Assembly (NCBI GenBank): GCA_026414225.1
Contig: JAOAJK010000005.1
Coordinates: 10,609-74,608 of the forward strand
Origin: Thermoplasmata archaeon
Lineage (GTDB): Archaea > Thermoplasmatota > Thermoplasmata > Lutacidiplasmatales > SKW197
Direction of reading: 5' to 3'
Length of the DNA stretch: 64,000 bases
Below the pieces are notes generated by a model that was given only the letters and a program-made list of their open reading frames with translations, had not been told where the DNA came from and made no database searches. The position numbers and the translations under genes were made by a program. Every line of letters begins with the position of its first letter. Within the stretch, counting starts at the first letter, position 1. Shown here piece by piece: positions 63,716 through 64,000 of the stretch.

Positions 63716-64000
63716 ATGCCTGGTTTATTGAAACAGCTTCAGGCAATGCTTGGAGACACATATGCGAAGGGAGACCTGTTCGAGCATTATGTGATTAACC
63801 TGTTCCCAGATGACTACTTTAAAATCCTTCATGCAACAACCAGGAGAGACGACCTCGGAGGCAGACAGATAGAATCGGCAAAAAACCCGGATTTTCATAT
63901 AGAACACATTCCAACAAAACACAAGTTCTGGGTAGAGGCCAAGTTCAGAAGGGACCTGTTCCAGAACAAACTTGTATGGTGCAAAGAATTCCAGCTTAAA
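63716..64000 (+). CDS. PD-(D/E)xK nuclease-like protein (restriction-endonuclease/NERD-like), 3' partial (runs off the window)
   Basis: Open frame from ATG 63716 (SD AGGTGA 6 nt upstream) to the window end. MPGLLKQLQAML..GDLFEHYVINLFP..D(x)n..DFHIEHIP..FWVEAKFRRD gives a D...D/E..EAK arrangement typical of the PD-(D/E)xK core. Absent from the ORF track because it has no stop. Confidence 0.45.
   Translation, partial: MPGLLKQLQAMLGDTYAKGDLFEHYVINLFPDDYFKILHATTRRDDLGGRQIESAKNPDFHIEHIPTKHKFWVEAKFRRDLFQNKLVWCKEFQLK

Noticed and set aside
1-64000. searched for CRISPR arrays, IS/transposase genes, integrases, rRNA genes and toxin-antitoxin pairs
   Set aside because: No direct-repeat arrays with regular spacing, no DDE/HUH transposase or tyrosine recombinase motifs and no rRNA-like segments were seen. 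The only mobile-element hint is the tRNA-Lys plus nuclease junction at the 3' edge.

Overview
64-kb chromosomal window from an archaeon, most likely an Archaeoglobi-like euryarchaeote, with GC about 50%. Supporting signs are an intron-containing tRNA, TATA/BRE-type promoters, aIF5B, V-type ATPase subunit D, the eno-rps2 and pyrB-pyrI gene pairs, SMC-ScpA-ScpB, and two tungsten-type aldehyde:ferredoxin oxidoreductase (AOR) plus ferredoxin modules next to 4-hydroxybutyryl-CoA dehydratase. I call about 55 protein genes and 5 tRNAs, and found no CRISPR array, IS element or rRNA. Most of the window is housekeeping: ribosomal protein S2 and enolase, PyrBI, a LeuA/homocitrate-synthase-family enzyme, aIF5B, GalT, diphthine synthase, TldD/PmbA, SMC/ScpAB and an MGMT-endonuclease V fusion. 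The features that the housekeeping annotation does not explain are these. (1) A 1979-aa purely alpha-helical TPR-like repeat protein with a basic N-terminus. (2) An active ChlI/BchI-like AAA+ ATPase carrying an N-terminal array of zinc ribbons, plus a distant paralog that is a coiled-coil pseudo-ATPase. (3) A 1360-aa protein directly downstream of smc-scpA-scpB with a cytoplasmic HhH DNA-binding domain, two TM anchors and a huge glycine-rich extracellular domain. (4) Two STAND/arch-ATPase regulators, one with TPR repeats and one with a winged-HTH. (5) A PfkB sugar kinase with an inserted 2x[4Fe-4S] ferredoxin domain. (6) A tRNA intron carrying a duplicated palindromic hairpin. (7) A V4R, FTR-rubredoxin and glutaredoxin redox module. 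All functional assignments come from motif reading of the supplied translations. No database search was possible.
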